DNA of 62,198 nucleotides, filler included, from Bonamia ostreae (taxonomy: Eukaryota), in assembly GCA_040357525.1 (NCBI GenBank). It is 8 parts of 8 records of this genome, joined end to end, with 100 filler letters (N's around TTAATTAATTAA, not from the genome) between each part and the next. Parts side by side here need not be neighbours in the genome. Positions count along the whole stretch, not along the records: positions 39,221 to 46,863 come from JBDODL010000074.1; positions 46,964 to 54,533 come from JBDODL010000075.1; 6 more parts are not named here. One strand, written 5' to 3'. This document shows positions 39,272 to 50,925 of the stretch, piece by piece (position 1 is the first letter of the stretch; the number at the start of each line of letters is the position of its first letter). The position numbers and the translations under genes are program-made. The notes under the pieces were generated by a model. It had not been told where the DNA came from. It did no database searches and saw only the letters and a list, made by a program, of their open reading frames with translations.

Positions 39272-42186
39272 TTAATTCGACTCATAATCTCCGGCGATAT
39301 AAATCTCGGTCTCATTTGCCTTAACTTCTGTACCCTCATCCAGCTCCGGAAACTCGTCAATATCAAGGTCTTCATTTTCTGGTATATCAAGATATTTGGC
39401 CGACACTCCGTACGCCGAAACTCCTGTCAATACTGAGACTGCCGCAACACCCAGAAAACCGTATATAAACCCATCTTTACGCGGTTCGTTATCCACACAG
39501 AAAGTGTGGGAAGAGTCCCATTCCGTCTTCACGCAAACCGGATCCGTGCCATATCTGTGATACCCCGACTTACAAGAAGTTGCACAATACAAGCCGTTTT
39601 GTATGAATCCACAATGCTCCAGAGACTTCGGGTCCGCGTTTTTGACGTTGGGTTGTTTGGTGCACGCAAAGTCGCATACACCTGCTAACTTCCATCCGTC
39701 CTTGGATGCGCAGGTGTTGTGTCCGAACTGATGTAGTGGACTGGGGCAGTCATAGGGACAATGGCCACCGATAGGGATGAGTGTGCAATCTTTTTTGTAC
39801 TTCCATTGTCTGGCCGGGGGTCTATCCTTGCAGCCGGTGAAGTCGCATTTCGCATTACTAATTATCCAAGTCGGCACATTTGGTTGAGTTCTTCCGCAGG
39901 AGATAGAACCGCTCTTCTTGTAATTAGTTAAGCAAGCGAAATTGCAGATGGCACCGATATTCCCGTTGAAGCAAGAGTTGGCTTTCGTCAATGAGGCGGG
40001 GTCTACTCCAAAGAATTTGGACGGAGCAGCAGTGCAGCCTGGGATACACCCCGTCATGGGCACATTCCACTTCGACATCGCGCATTGTGCGCGGCCGTTA
40101 GGAATTGATCCGGCAACACACATGTAATCGCAAAAGCCATTGTTGGGAGTACCCGCGCAAGCTTTTCCCGAGGATATGTCGAGATTTTTGAAATTGGGGA
40201 GCGGTATCGAGCAGCCGGCGATGCAGGCGCTGCCTTTTGACCAGTCGGGGGAATCGCAAACGAGTTTTTTTTTGTTTCGGACAAAGTTATCTTTGCATTT
40301 GTAAACGCATTCTTTGTTTTTCTCCAAACCGGCGCATGCTGAGACCGTAACTGCTACACTGTTAACAACGAGTGGCGGTTGGTTGGGGCATCCCGCGACG
40401 CACTTAGATCCTGTGTCCCATTTCGGTTGAGAAAGGGATAAACATAACATAATCTTGTTCTTGACGTTATCGGGTTTGCAAGTGTAATCGCATTTCGTCT
40501 TCGGGAGGGCGTTGACGCATTTGTCTACGCTGCCGGGTTCGGCATTTTCTGGTAAAGAAGGTTTGGACCTGCATCCATGTTGGCAGCCCCACGAGGTAGT
40601 CCAAGTGCCTGTTACGGGGTCGCACTTAAGTATTCCATTGGTCACGAGCGGTTCGTTGCATTTGTATGGGCATACGTAATCGATGTCTTTGTTAATGCAG
40701 CCTTTTATCGATTTGGGATCGACGCCGAATTTTGTAGGAGGGAATTTGTCGCATCCTTTTTGATTAGAAATTAAAGTTTTTTTCGCAGCAAATTAAAACT
40801 ACTTTTTATAAATTGAAAATTGCAAGATAAAAATTGCTGAAATATTGCGTTGTTTTGGGCAAATTAGAAAAACTTGAACACTTTCCGGTCCCAGACCAAC
40901 CGCGAGGTGGCACCGTGCAAACAAAATTTTCAGTTCTGGCATAGCCCGGTTTACATGAAAAATTGCATATTTTCCCCACCTGCGCAGAGCAATGTTCAAC
41001 CGAGTGGGGATCTGAGTTTTCAACACTCTTCTTCGGCGGAGCAGAGCAGCCTTAAAAATCAACGTTTTTGGTCAAACCTGAAACGCACGAAGAATCAGAG
41101 AATATTCCGCCGCTCATGCATTGCAAAAGTTTGTCTGGCACGTACCCTTCAAAGCACTTATAACCGGAGCAAGGTTTTCCTACAGGAGTGTTTTTGCACA
41201 AGTGCGCGTTTGATCTAAAGATTTCTGGGTTGTAGTCACATTTGGTGATGCACATGGGCGGCTGGTTGCATTGACTCACACAAAATGAATTGTGTGTCCA
41301 GTTCCCGTCGTTTTCGCAAGCCGATTTGCCCGTTCCGACAGACATGTAGTTCTTGATACAGGTCAAAGGGCATTTAAAATCATGACCTTTGGTAATGCAA
41401 TCATCCGGAAAATTTCCAAATTCGACTTTTGCTGGTTTTCCGATGCAAACATTTTTTACTTCGAGCACCTTCTGTAAAAGGTCTTGTACCACCCAGTAGA
41501 TGTTTCCCGTGTCTTGGAAATTGATGGTTTGGATTCCTAAGTTCAAATTACGGATAACAGTGTTACTCGTTTGCTTTTCGGATTCGTCCTCTGTATTATT
41601 AAAATTGTGTTTTTAACAATCACAAAATTGTTTAAAACGGTTTGTTCAAAAATTTTAACCTGGTATGTACACGATGAGACCTTTTTCGCGAAGTGTTTGA
41701 ATGAGGTTACCGGATGCACTCGCATCGGCAATTTTGGAGTCCGTTACAATAACAACGAGATGTTTTCCGAAACGTTTATCAGTTATATCTTTCACTTTTC
41801 GGAGACATGATTCCAGATAAGTCTTATCTGAAGCTATTTTCATTATTTGTGATAAATTTTTGAAAAAAATTTGTCATTTTATTCAAGATAAAACATTTGA
41901 GATCCAAAGATTTTAACTTATCATAAAATTTATCTTCGTCAAAGGTTGGTTGTAAAACAACTTCCGCCTTGTCTGCAAAACTTATCAAAGCACTATAAGG
42001 TTTTCCTTCAAGGTTTGCAGTTTGTGTGTATACTTCAGTTACAAAATCATGAAGAAAATCTTTCATATTCATTAGATCCATAGAATAGGAGGTATCTGCA
42101 CAAGTCGTGAGAGTAAACAGACTTTTTGGATTTTTGGCATCCAATTTGTTCCAAAGAAGAGCGAAGAAAATAATATTTAAACACAT
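39272..42186 (-). CDS. Type I membrane adhesin: signal peptide, VWA (MIDAS), about 10 sushi/CCP-like Cys repeats, TM, acidic tail
   Basis: ADTSYSM (DxSxS), ALISFADKA and VIVTD for the VWA; repeats of C-x-P..C..G..C.Y.C..G....C...W..C; TM FIYGFLGVAAVSVLTGVSAYGV; tail DIPENEDLDIDEFPELDEG...GDYESN*. The ORFs are joined by GT-AG introns. Confidence 0.82.
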
Positions 42187-42388
42187 TAATTGGTTTGGTT
42201 GATAGATTTAGAATTATTAAATTTAAAATTGCATTTCAACGGTTTAGTTCGAAAAATTATATATTAAAATGGTTATTTTATATTTTGATTTATTTCTAAA
42301 AAGTTAGAAAACGTTTAACATTTTTTAAATATTAGAAAGAACGATTATAACTTCAAAACATTTAATTCGTTAAGTTTGTAATAAGCTT

Positions 42389-43951
42389 CGTTGCGGTTTA
42401 GTCATTTCCAGAGCTCCCCTTCCATATTTGTAGTCTCATCTTTAATTTGCTTTTTTGATGTTATGTTTGTAATGAATACAAAATATTTTCGTGTTGTTTT
42501 TTCAGTTAAATTAGATTTAATCAAATCTCCTCCGATCATGTCGGGCGTCCTTCTTTTTAGGAGTTTATATTTCTAAAATTAAGGCGTTCTGTTACAATGT
42601 TGGAAGTTCTTATTTTGTAGGGTGGAGAATTAACGGGATCTATTAATTCTGTACAACCTCATCTCAATTTTTCCGCTAATCGAAGGATATTTTATAGAAT
42701 TGTTTTTATATTTCGAAACCATTTTACAAAATTGGTTTTCAGACCATGTAAAAGTAAATATTAAAAATTGGCGATTTGCAAAGTTTCAGATTAAAAAAAT
42801 AAAATTGCATTTTTTAAGAATTTCTAATTGCTTTATCGCCAGAAACGAAATTTCTTTCTCGTTTTCAACAAGAAACTCTTCCGTTTTCGCAAAGCCGGAA
42901 AACGCTCTTTTTCTTATTGGCGAAACTTGTTCAATGACCAATTTGCTAATTTCGTCTTTAAAATCTTTTTTGTTTTTGCGTTCTCTTAAAAGACTTTCTA
43001 TGTTTTTGCTATCTTCGTTCCGAAGTGCACTGAAAAATTAAATATTTGAACGCGAAGATGTTGATAAGATTGGACATCGCAATTCGTTTTTCGCCATTTT
43101 TCGAGAATCTGGATATTCCTTTCTCGGAATCGGTTACCGATCGGTTGATTTTCTTGACTATTGTCGAGTCGCCATCGGTCAGATAGATGTTGCCTTTGAA
43201 ATTAGTTTTGTCTGCTTCTTCGCCCATGTCATTTTCTGGGTTCTGCAGCGATTTTATCGGTTCGTTTAGAGTTGAAAATATCTCTTTATAAAAAAGTTCC
43301 TGTTTTCCTTCTTTTTTCTTGATTTGGGACAGAAGAACGTTTTTTGTTTCTTCGTACAATAATTTGTCTCTCTGGGTGGTACCGATGAATAAATGTGTTG
43401 GTTGAATAGCTTGAATAACAGCAGAGTAAAGCAATTTGCTGTAAAGTTGGATCAAGTTTTTATTTCCGATTTTGAGAGGGCATCCGAGTATCCAAGCGAT
43501 ATCGAAAATTTGACGTATTTTGGACAACCTAAAAATTTTTGTGTTGGAAGCATCAAGACCGGATGCCAGCAACGTCGATGTTATTGACTCGAAATTTGTT
43601 TTCGCGTTATCTTATAAGATTGATTATTTTGTTGTTGAAACTTTCCAAATTTAACTCGTAAAATTGAGACTTTCACAAGTTCATTTTTGTAAAAAGAATT
43701 GTAACTATAAAAAACTTGAAAAAATTAAATCTTTCTCCAAAAACGAAACGGTGTCGGCAATGCAAATATACAAAATATTCGAATTCGCCAAATATTTGAG
43801 ATTTTTGACCGTCCCCAAATACGATCCCAAATGAATTCCTTTTTTGACCTAACGAAAATAATAGTTTAAACCCTGAAAACACACAAAACATTTTTTTTAA
43901 TTTTTCCCGCCATTTTGAACAATCCGCAGGTAAATTCTTGCAATTTAACAA
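42389..43951 (-). CDS. Hypothetical multi-exon protein
   Basis: Minus-strand ORFs 43673-43951 and 43009-43572 plus downstream K/E-rich frames. No family recognised. Confidence 0.35.
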
Positions 43952-44076
43952 CGCAACCTATTATAAAGAAACGATATAAAAAGACTTTTGCTATTCCCGC
44001 CTAATTTTTAAAACGGTTTTATTCACAAAAACTAAAACGGAAACCGCAACCCGCAATAATTTTAAAACAACTGCTG

Positions 44077-45006
44077 ATGAACGAGACAAGGACATTATCG
44101 GAAGCGAGTAAACTCGCCGAAAAAATTGATCGCGCTGAAAAAGAAGGAAAACTGGACGAAGTGGCCGACGCGACCAAAAGTTTAAAAGCGTTGCTCTACA
44201 AATATTCAACTCCTTCGGAAAACTCCATCAACGAAAAAAACATTTCATTTTTTCTGCTCTCGCGTTTCGCATTGGAAGTCTCAGCTCTGACCGATCTGCT
44301 CAAAAAGGATTTTTTGGGCTTCGAAAACAACGTCAATATTTTGATTCCTTTTTATTTCGATCTCAACGAGTTTTCTATTTTCCTAAAATCAATCTTCAAA
44401 AATGATCGAATTTTATTTTAAAATTTTTTTGGAAAAAACTAAATTTTAAAAAATAGCAATTTGGAGAATTCTGATAAAAAAGAGTTGATTTTAGGACTTG
44501 TGTTGTTACATTACCTCTCCGAAAACCGGACAGCGGCTTTTTACAATTTGTATGAAAAAATGGACAGAGCAACCTCCGGAAGCCAAAATGTCCGATTTGC
44601 GCTGCGGATCAAAAAATGTTTGGATCGGGGCTCTTATTCTCACATTCTCAATTGCTACTGCGAATTGCCGTCTCCGTTCTACGGCTATTTGATGGAGTCG
44701 CTTATAAAATCGACAAAGTTCTGAGCGAATTTTAACCAAAAAAGGGCGAAAATTTTCGAAGCGATGGAAAAAAGCAAATCAGAAATGACGAAAGAATCGA
44801 TGATAAGAATAGCAGGAACGGAGTTAACGGCGGAGGATGTCAAGAAATTGGGAGAAGAGAGGAAATGGAAAGTCGATTCGGAAGGAACGGTTCATTTTGA
44901 GGACGAGAATTCGAGTTTGACCAAAGAACAATTGCTAAACAAAGCTTCAGACAATCTGATGAGTTTGTCGTACGCCCTCGTTAAGGACTCCGAACGGATC
45001 GTATGA
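44077..45006 (+). CDS. RPN12: 26S proteasome lid subunit RPN12/PSMD8
   Basis: SRFALEVSAL, FENNVNILIPFYFD, ILGLVLLHYLSENRTAAF, LDRGSYSHI, PSPFYGYLMESL and C-terminal SYA..SERIV. Two introns. Confidence 0.9.
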
Positions 45007-45009
45007 TAA

Positions 45010-45250
45010 ACTTTTTATGACAAATTTGTAAATTGCCAAAACTTTTGCGATTTAATTGATAAAACTTTTGCGATTTAATTGATCAAAATGATAAAACTTT
45101 TGCGATTTGATTGACAAATTTTTGCAAATTAAAGAAAATTTGTAAATTGAATTGATAAAATTGATAAAACTTTTGCGATTTATTTTATAAAACTTTTGCG
45201 ATTTGATTGACAAATTTTTGCAAATTAAAGAAAATTTGTGAAAATTGCAA
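45010..45250 (+). repeat. Intergenic degenerate minisatellite (AAAACTTTTGCGATTT[A/G]ATTGA)
   Basis: The AAAACTTTTGCGATTT core recurs at least five times between convergent genes. Confidence 0.8.
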
Positions 45251-45256
45251 GTCAAT

Positions 45257-45665
45257 TTAGTCATCAATGTCATAACCAGATAGATGAAAACTCTCTATCG
45301 ACCCTTTCTTCGACTTTTTTCTATTTGCAACAATTCGCGCTCTTATCAAAATGGGATTCTTCTCTTCCTCTTCTTTCATTTTTTTTCTCATTCGCCATTT
45401 CGTCAATATCTTTGGCTCAGCTGCAAATTCATCCCGCCACGAATCTCTGCTGAACAATGCCAATTGAACATTTAAAAACTAAAATTCACAAAATTTTTCA
45501 ATGGCACTTTTCTCCATTTGTCAAATAAATTGTGGACTTTATTTATTTTTATTCTAGCAATCTATGTTAACGTTAAAGCTCTATTCTTTTTGTTTAACGA
45601 TCATTTGTTTCTTTAAAGATAACATTGTTTCGTTTTTGCAACCTATTAAAGTAAAATTAATCCAT
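45257..45665 (-). CDS. Small basic hypothetical protein
   Basis: ORF 45257-45463 plus probable upstream mini-exons. Confidence 0.35.
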
Positions 45666-46203
45666 CTTCAATATTTACTCTCAAATTTTTACGCCATTTT
45701 TGGGAGAGGCGATCTACTCAAAACATTAATTTTTGATAGATAATTTTTGCAAAATGATTAATTTCTTTGAATGACGTTAAAAAATTTGTGAATTATTTTA
45801 ATTATTGTTAAAACAATCCGTTTCAGTGCAGAAATTTAGTGCAAAAACTTTTACAATCGTTTGGCGTTAGCAGATTTTTGCAAGAAATCGCGTTGGGTAA
45901 AAGTTAAAGACGGATTAAAAATTTATCCAGACAGATTATCGTCTTTTAGATCAATATCAAGCGCGTCAATAAACAAAAAATTTCAAAATAAGATGAGTTT
46001 TATTTTTCAGAAAATGGCAAAATGTTGTGATCAAAATTTTGAAAAACAAAAATTTGCAAATTTTACATTTTGATCGAGTCGAAACTTTCATTTGAAATTG
46101 GTCATTTTTATACTAAAATTGCAATTTTGTAAAATTGGTCGTTTTTTTACTTTTTCAGCATTAAAAACAAAATAAAAAAATGTCAAAAAGAGCGGATCAT
46201 TTA

Positions 46204-46572
46204 TTAAATATTGCTTGGATACAGATAAACGCGCACTCTTTCTCCAATAGCTTTGGCCGGCAAATTTTTGACAAATTTTGCTCTGACAACACCGCTGTTG
46301 CCGTGAGGCCGCATGACCTTTCCGACCATTTCTCTTTTGTCGCCATTCTTATCGCCTTTGTAGACATAAGCGATTTTCTTTCCGATGTAGAAATCGACGT
46401 CTTTTCTGGTTTTAAGGCCATCTATCTCGATTAAGGCGATGTTCATGTTCTGAACTCGTCTGGATCGCTTATATCCCAAGAAAACTCCGTGGCAATAAAG
46501 CCGAGTCGGTTTTTTAAAAACTCGTTTTTGTTTTGTCTTTCTGGTTTTCTTTGTCTTGTCAGAGCGGGACAT
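46204..46572 (-). CDS. RPL35A: 60S ribosomal protein eL33 (L35a)
   Basis: [60 protein letters not shown]. Confidence 0.97.
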   Translation of the reverse strand: MSRSDKTKKTRKTKQKRVFKKPTRLYCHGVFLGYKRSRRVQNMNIALIEIDGLKTRKDVDFYIGKKIAYVYKGDKNGDKREMVGKVMRPHGNSGVVRAKFVKNLPAKAIGERVRVYLYPSNI

Positions 46573-47029
46573 GTTAAAAATTAGCAAGTTTAGGTTTAGA
46601 AAGGCCGTCTAAATATAATAATTCTCGTGTTCGAAAATAGCTTTTAAATTTAACTTTGTTTTTTTAATATTTTTGTATAAAAAATAAAGTTTCCAAATAA
46701 CGAAATAAAATTTGTCTTTGAAAATGGAGCCTCACAAAAATAGAGCGAAAATTAAAACAAATTTAGACTTTCTACTCCATCAAAATTAAACAGAAATCAA
46801 TAAAACAGTCACAAAAATAAAACAGTGATTTAAAATAACAAAAAAAACAACTTCCAATAAATCNNNNNNNNNNNNNNNNNNNNNNNNNNNNNNNNNNNNN
46901 NNNNNNNTTAATTAATTAANNNNNNNNNNNNNNNNNNNNNNNNNNNNNNNNNNNNNNNNNNNNAACAAACCAAAATTTCGCAATAAAAAAGAACACACCA
47001 AATTTTCTACATCTCAACAATAAACAAAA

Positions 47030-48169
47030 ATGCAAATTATAATCTTGATTTTATGGCTATCGCTGCTTTCTAGTTCCGCCGCCAAGAAAACAACGAGTGA
47101 CAAAGCAGAAAAGTGCCACAGCATCGGAATCGACTACCGCGGCAAACTCAACAAATCCATCTCGGGGAAGCCTTGCAAAGTCTGGCCCTCTTTTTACATC
47201 TACACCTTCCCCGGCTCCGGCGTGGGCCCGCACAGTTTCTGCAGAAACCCGCTCGGAAAAATGGACGGTCCTTTCTGCATCACGAAACTCGGCTTGAAAG
47301 GCAAAATGGACGAAACCGAGCGATGCAACGTCACGTGCGCGCCAGGAATGATCCAGCGCAAACTCGACCACGTCTGCGAAACGGTTGTGAAAGAGTTCGA
47401 CGTTGGCACGCTCCAGAAATGCGTGGAATCTTGCATGAAGAGCAAAGATTGCACTGATCTCTCGTTCAAGACCGGCGGAAGCTGTTATCAATGCGCGAAA
47501 AAAGACAGGGGCCGGAAAAGAAGTGGTTACGACATGTTCGCCCATTTCGACATGAGCAAACTGAATCATTGCAAAGTGTCCAAATCGGTGCGGCGCAATC
47601 GCCTTCTCGACTCCAGCGAATGCACTGACGGCGCCGCGTCCGAGGATTGCGTCATCATGTGCAGGGCAGGCTACGTAGGAGACGTGTCGGTTAAGTGCAA
47701 AAAAGAAGGCACTGAGTTTGAAATAAAGTCGGATTGCGAGATGGGGTGCTACTTGGAAGCCGCCGATGCGAAGCCGATGATGGACTTGCGCAACTGCCAA
47801 AGTTCGAACCGGAAACTAGTGAGTAAGAAGGATTGCGTCATCTCTTGTCTCTCAAAACTGGGCGAAGTGGAGGTAAAGTGCAAACGAGCAGGCGCTGCGT
47901 TTGAGGTGACAGAGAGATGCAAAGTGCCCAAATGCAAAATTAATTTTGTAAGGGACAAAGCCGAATTGAAAAAGATCGATTTGGGCGACTGCGACACAAA
48001 GAAGAGTGGACCGATTCTGTTAGAACAGTGCAATCCGCTCTGCAAAGAGAAATTTAAAGGAACTGTCGTTCCGAACTGCAATCCGAACGGATTTTTTGAC
48101 TTAAATGTGCATTGTTTCGAGGAAGAAAAAGAAGAGAAATCAAAAAAAATCAAAAAAAAGAAAAAATAA
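47030..48169 (+). CDS. Secreted kringle + PAN/apple + Cys-rich repeat protein with Lys-rich tail
   Basis: Signal peptide; kringle CHSIGIDYRG..SISGKPCKVW..HSFCRNP..GPFC..C; PAN-like CVESCMKSKDCTDLSF..C; three Cys-rich modules; ends KKIKKKKK*. Confidence 0.85.
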   Translation: MQIIILILWLSLLSSSAAKKTTSDKAEKCHSIGIDYRGKLNKSISGKPCKVWPSFYIYTFPGSGVGPHSFCRNPLGKMDGPFCITKLGLKGKMDETERCNVTCAPGMIQRKLDHVCETVVKEFDVGTLQKCVESCMKSKDCTDLSFKTGGSCYQCAKKDRGRKRSGYDMFAHFDMSKLNHCKVSKSVRRNRLLDSSECTDGAASEDCVIMCRAGYVGDVSVKCKKEGTEFEIKSDCEMGCYLEAADAKPMMDLRNCQSSNRKLVSKKDCVISCLSKLGEVEVKCKRAGAAFEVTERCKVPKCKINFVRDKAELKKIDLGDCDTKKSGPILLEQCNPLCKEKFKGTVVPNCNPNGFFDLNVHCFEEEKEEKSKKIKKKKK

Positions 48170-48301
48170 ATAATTTTTTTTTGAAAAATTTGTTCGATTA
48201 TTATAAAAATTTGCATTTGAAAATTTCAAGAATGGTTTCCGTTTTTATGTAAATTTTAGATTAAAAAGATCCATTTTTTGTAAATCAAAAGACAGTTTTT
48301 G

Positions 48302-49237
48302 TTAATTTATAAATTCGGCAAAGTTCGAATGACCTGTTTCAGAACCATGTTTCACGGCCTCTTCGTTGCCAACGAAGCACCTGCGACAAACAAGACAACG
48401 CAAAGTGTAGTTTTTCTGGTCAACAAACTGATTTTGCTCTTTCAGCTGAGCGGCAAAATTTTGCATTTTCGATTCAGTTTTGTAGTCGCTCGAGTCGAAA
48501 ACCGTTTCGTCACTTTCCTCTGCCATTTCTTCACTGCGGTTTATAGATAAAGCGTCGTAATGGATTCCGTCGTAAACTTTCGATTAAAGTTTAATTGAAA
48601 CGTAAATAAATCCGTTTGGAATAATTTTCGTCTTCCCCAAAAATCAAAATGTTTTTGCTTCTAATGTCCATTATTGCGATTTCGCGATTAAACAGTTTCG
48701 ACAAAATTTTAGTTTCGACTGAACCTCCCCATTTCGACTTCTTCGAAATCCAATCAACGTATTCTCGAATAGGTTTTCCGAGAATGCCTTCATTGAATTC
48801 GGACTTATTGTTTAAAATATATGATGCGCACTTTTTGCGCAAATCGGAAGCTTCGGAATCGCTTCTTCGTTTGGTTAAACAGAAGATGACCGAAGTGAAA
48901 AGACAAGAATCGTTAGCTGGAATGATCCTTTAATTTATATTCAAGATCGACCTTCTGATGACTATGCGATTGTCAAAGTCCGAAACAGGGACATTTGAGT
49001 TTTCAACGATTAACAGTTTTGATTGCAGATCGGAAACCAAATCTGCGTCGTTCAGAAGAACGGCTTTTGGTGGAACGCCGGTTTTTACTAATTTTAATGG
49101 CTGAAACTAGAGAAATCTCCGATTTCTAAAATCCGGTCAATTTTAGTTCGGAGATCCAAAAATGTCAATTTTTCATCTAACGCGACTGTAAATTTTTTGT
49201 TTTTAAAGCGCAATCGAAAATCAACGGATTTTCCCAT
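48302..49237 (-). CDS. OTU1: OTU1/YOD1 deubiquitinase
   Basis: UBX-like N-terminus (TGVPPK), IPANDSCLF, WGGSVE, YDGIHYDAL and zinc finger LRCLVC...HGSETGHSNFAEF. Introns of 20, 24 and 25 nt restore the frame. Confidence 0.92.
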
Positions 49238-49456
49238 TAAGTTGTTTAATATATGGAGATATGTTATATTTAAGTAATGTCCGACTGTTATTTTTATGAA
49301 AATGTTTAAACAAAATAATTTCATACGAATGGTTTTTATTAAATTTCTATTTTCATCTAAATAACGTTTTCGAAGAGTTGTTGTTTTTTAAAAGAGAACA
49401 AAAAAATTTTTAAAAAATTCTTTTTGTTTTTTAATAAAAACAAAATTTTGCAAAAT

Positions 49457-49998
49457 TTAGGAATCGTCTTGATATTTAGCCAAATCTCGCAACAAGTCTT
49501 GGACCGGTTTTTCGTTTTCGGCAAACTTGGCTTCTAAAGAAGGGATGAGCGTTATCGCTTCGTCGGTGGATCCGACGCACAAATTGTTGATCAAAGCGAT
49601 TTCGAGAGGATCGAAATCGCCTTCAATCACATGTTTGTTCTGGCTAATTCTTAAAATTTAGTTTTAAAACACAGACGCTTCTTTAAGCGCATCTGAACTT
49701 TTGAAGTTGTGGAGTTTGCTCACATAGTCAAAAGTTTTCTGGACAATGCTTTAAATGGAAAATTTTGGGTAAATTTTTATTCGACTAATTTTAATGAAAT
49801 CTGACAAAATTTGCGAATTGGGGAAACTTGTTTCTGGGAAGATCAATTAATTCAGAATTTGAATTTAAATATTGATCGAGCATATAATAGACTTCGGAGT
49901 TCCAAAGTGGACGATAATTTTCGGGTTCTTTATTAGTCGAAAATAAAACTATCTACATAGGGTTGTTTTAACGGGTCTTTGTTGTTTTTGTCATCCAT
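49457..49998 (-). CDS. RPB4: RNA polymerase II subunit RPB4
   Basis: Spliced product contains LWNSEVLYML, IVQKTFDYVSK and FDPLEIALINNLCVGSTDEAITLIPSLEAKF..VQDLLRDL. Three introns. Absent from the ORF track. Confidence 0.88.
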
Positions 49999-50091
49999 CG
50001 GAAAAGCTGTGTCTAATTATCGAGTTTAGTAAAATTGGTAAAATAATTTCAAACAGAAATTATATCGTTCCTGTATAACAAAAATTAGACA

Positions 50092-50295
50092 ATGACCAAT
50101 GCAAACAAGGAGCAATGGGAACACAAAAAATACATTTCAGAGAAAAAGAGTGAACTCTTTTATCTCGAATCGATCGTCAACGCTTTAGACACTTTCTGTA
50201 ACAACAAAATTTGCAAAATAAATCAAAAACTCGAAACGATCGAAAGCGAACAAGATTATCTTGTTGCGAGAACGAACAGTATTGTAGTAGAATAA
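50092..50295 (+). CDS. BRK1: BRICK1/HSPC300 (SCAR/WAVE complex subunit)
   Basis: 67 aa; the QWEHKKYI..FCNNKICKINQKLETIE..DYLVAR pattern matches BRK1 (DW.NREYI..FD.SCR.RL..LNEKL..LE....Y.EAR). Confidence 0.72.
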   Translation: MTNANKEQWEHKKYISEKKSELFYLESIVNALDTFCNNKICKINQKLETIESEQDYLVARTNSIVVE

Positions 50296-50313
50296 AAATT
50301 TTGCAAATTATTT

Positions 50314-50811
50314 TTAATTCGTTTCTTTCAATTTATTGCTTTTTTCGATAAAATTCTTGTTGAGCTTTTCTATCTCTTCAAGAAGCTCATAATTCATTAA
50401 TTGGATTTTATGTAATTTTTCCAGCGCAGAAAGTTCGTCTTTTCTGGCTTTACAGACCTTTTAATTGATTTTAAGCTTGTTTAAATTTTGAAAATTTTAA
50501 ACCGAAAGTTCGGCATCGGACATTAGTTTGAAATTCTCTTTTTCGTCAGAATGTAGAAGATAATAGATCAGGACAAATCCCGAGAGCGACATTAAAGTGC
50601 CGTTTAGAAAGCTTTCTTTCGATAAATTGTTCAGATTGTCTTTGATCGCCCAAAAGGCGTAAGGTTTTTGGGTTTGTTCGATTTTTATGTTCTCGAAAAT
50701 AGTCTTTTTGCCATTTTGTGCAAAGTCCGATTTCGGAGTTTCAGAGAAAAAAAGACAAAATTTTGTTCTTTTCAAAAACGGCGAACGTGATATTTTTCTG
50801 TAAGACAACAT
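50314..50811 (-). CDS. Hypothetical protein with presequence-like N-terminus and a single TM segment
   Basis: MLSYRKISRSPFLKRTKF...; TM LMSLSGFVLIYYLL; one intron. Confidence 0.45.
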
Positions 50812-50925
50812 TGATTTTATAGCGAACTTTTCAAATGGCTATTATTAAATGCTTGAAATATAACAGAAAAGCTAAATTTCGTCATTTTTAATTTATGTGA
50901 ATCACATAGTAAATTGCAAATTTAT

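Noticed and set aside
45010-45250. Repeat with variable spacers, superficially CRISPR-like
   Set aside because: The units are degenerate, the spacers are themselves repetitive, the context is eukaryotic and no cas genes are present.
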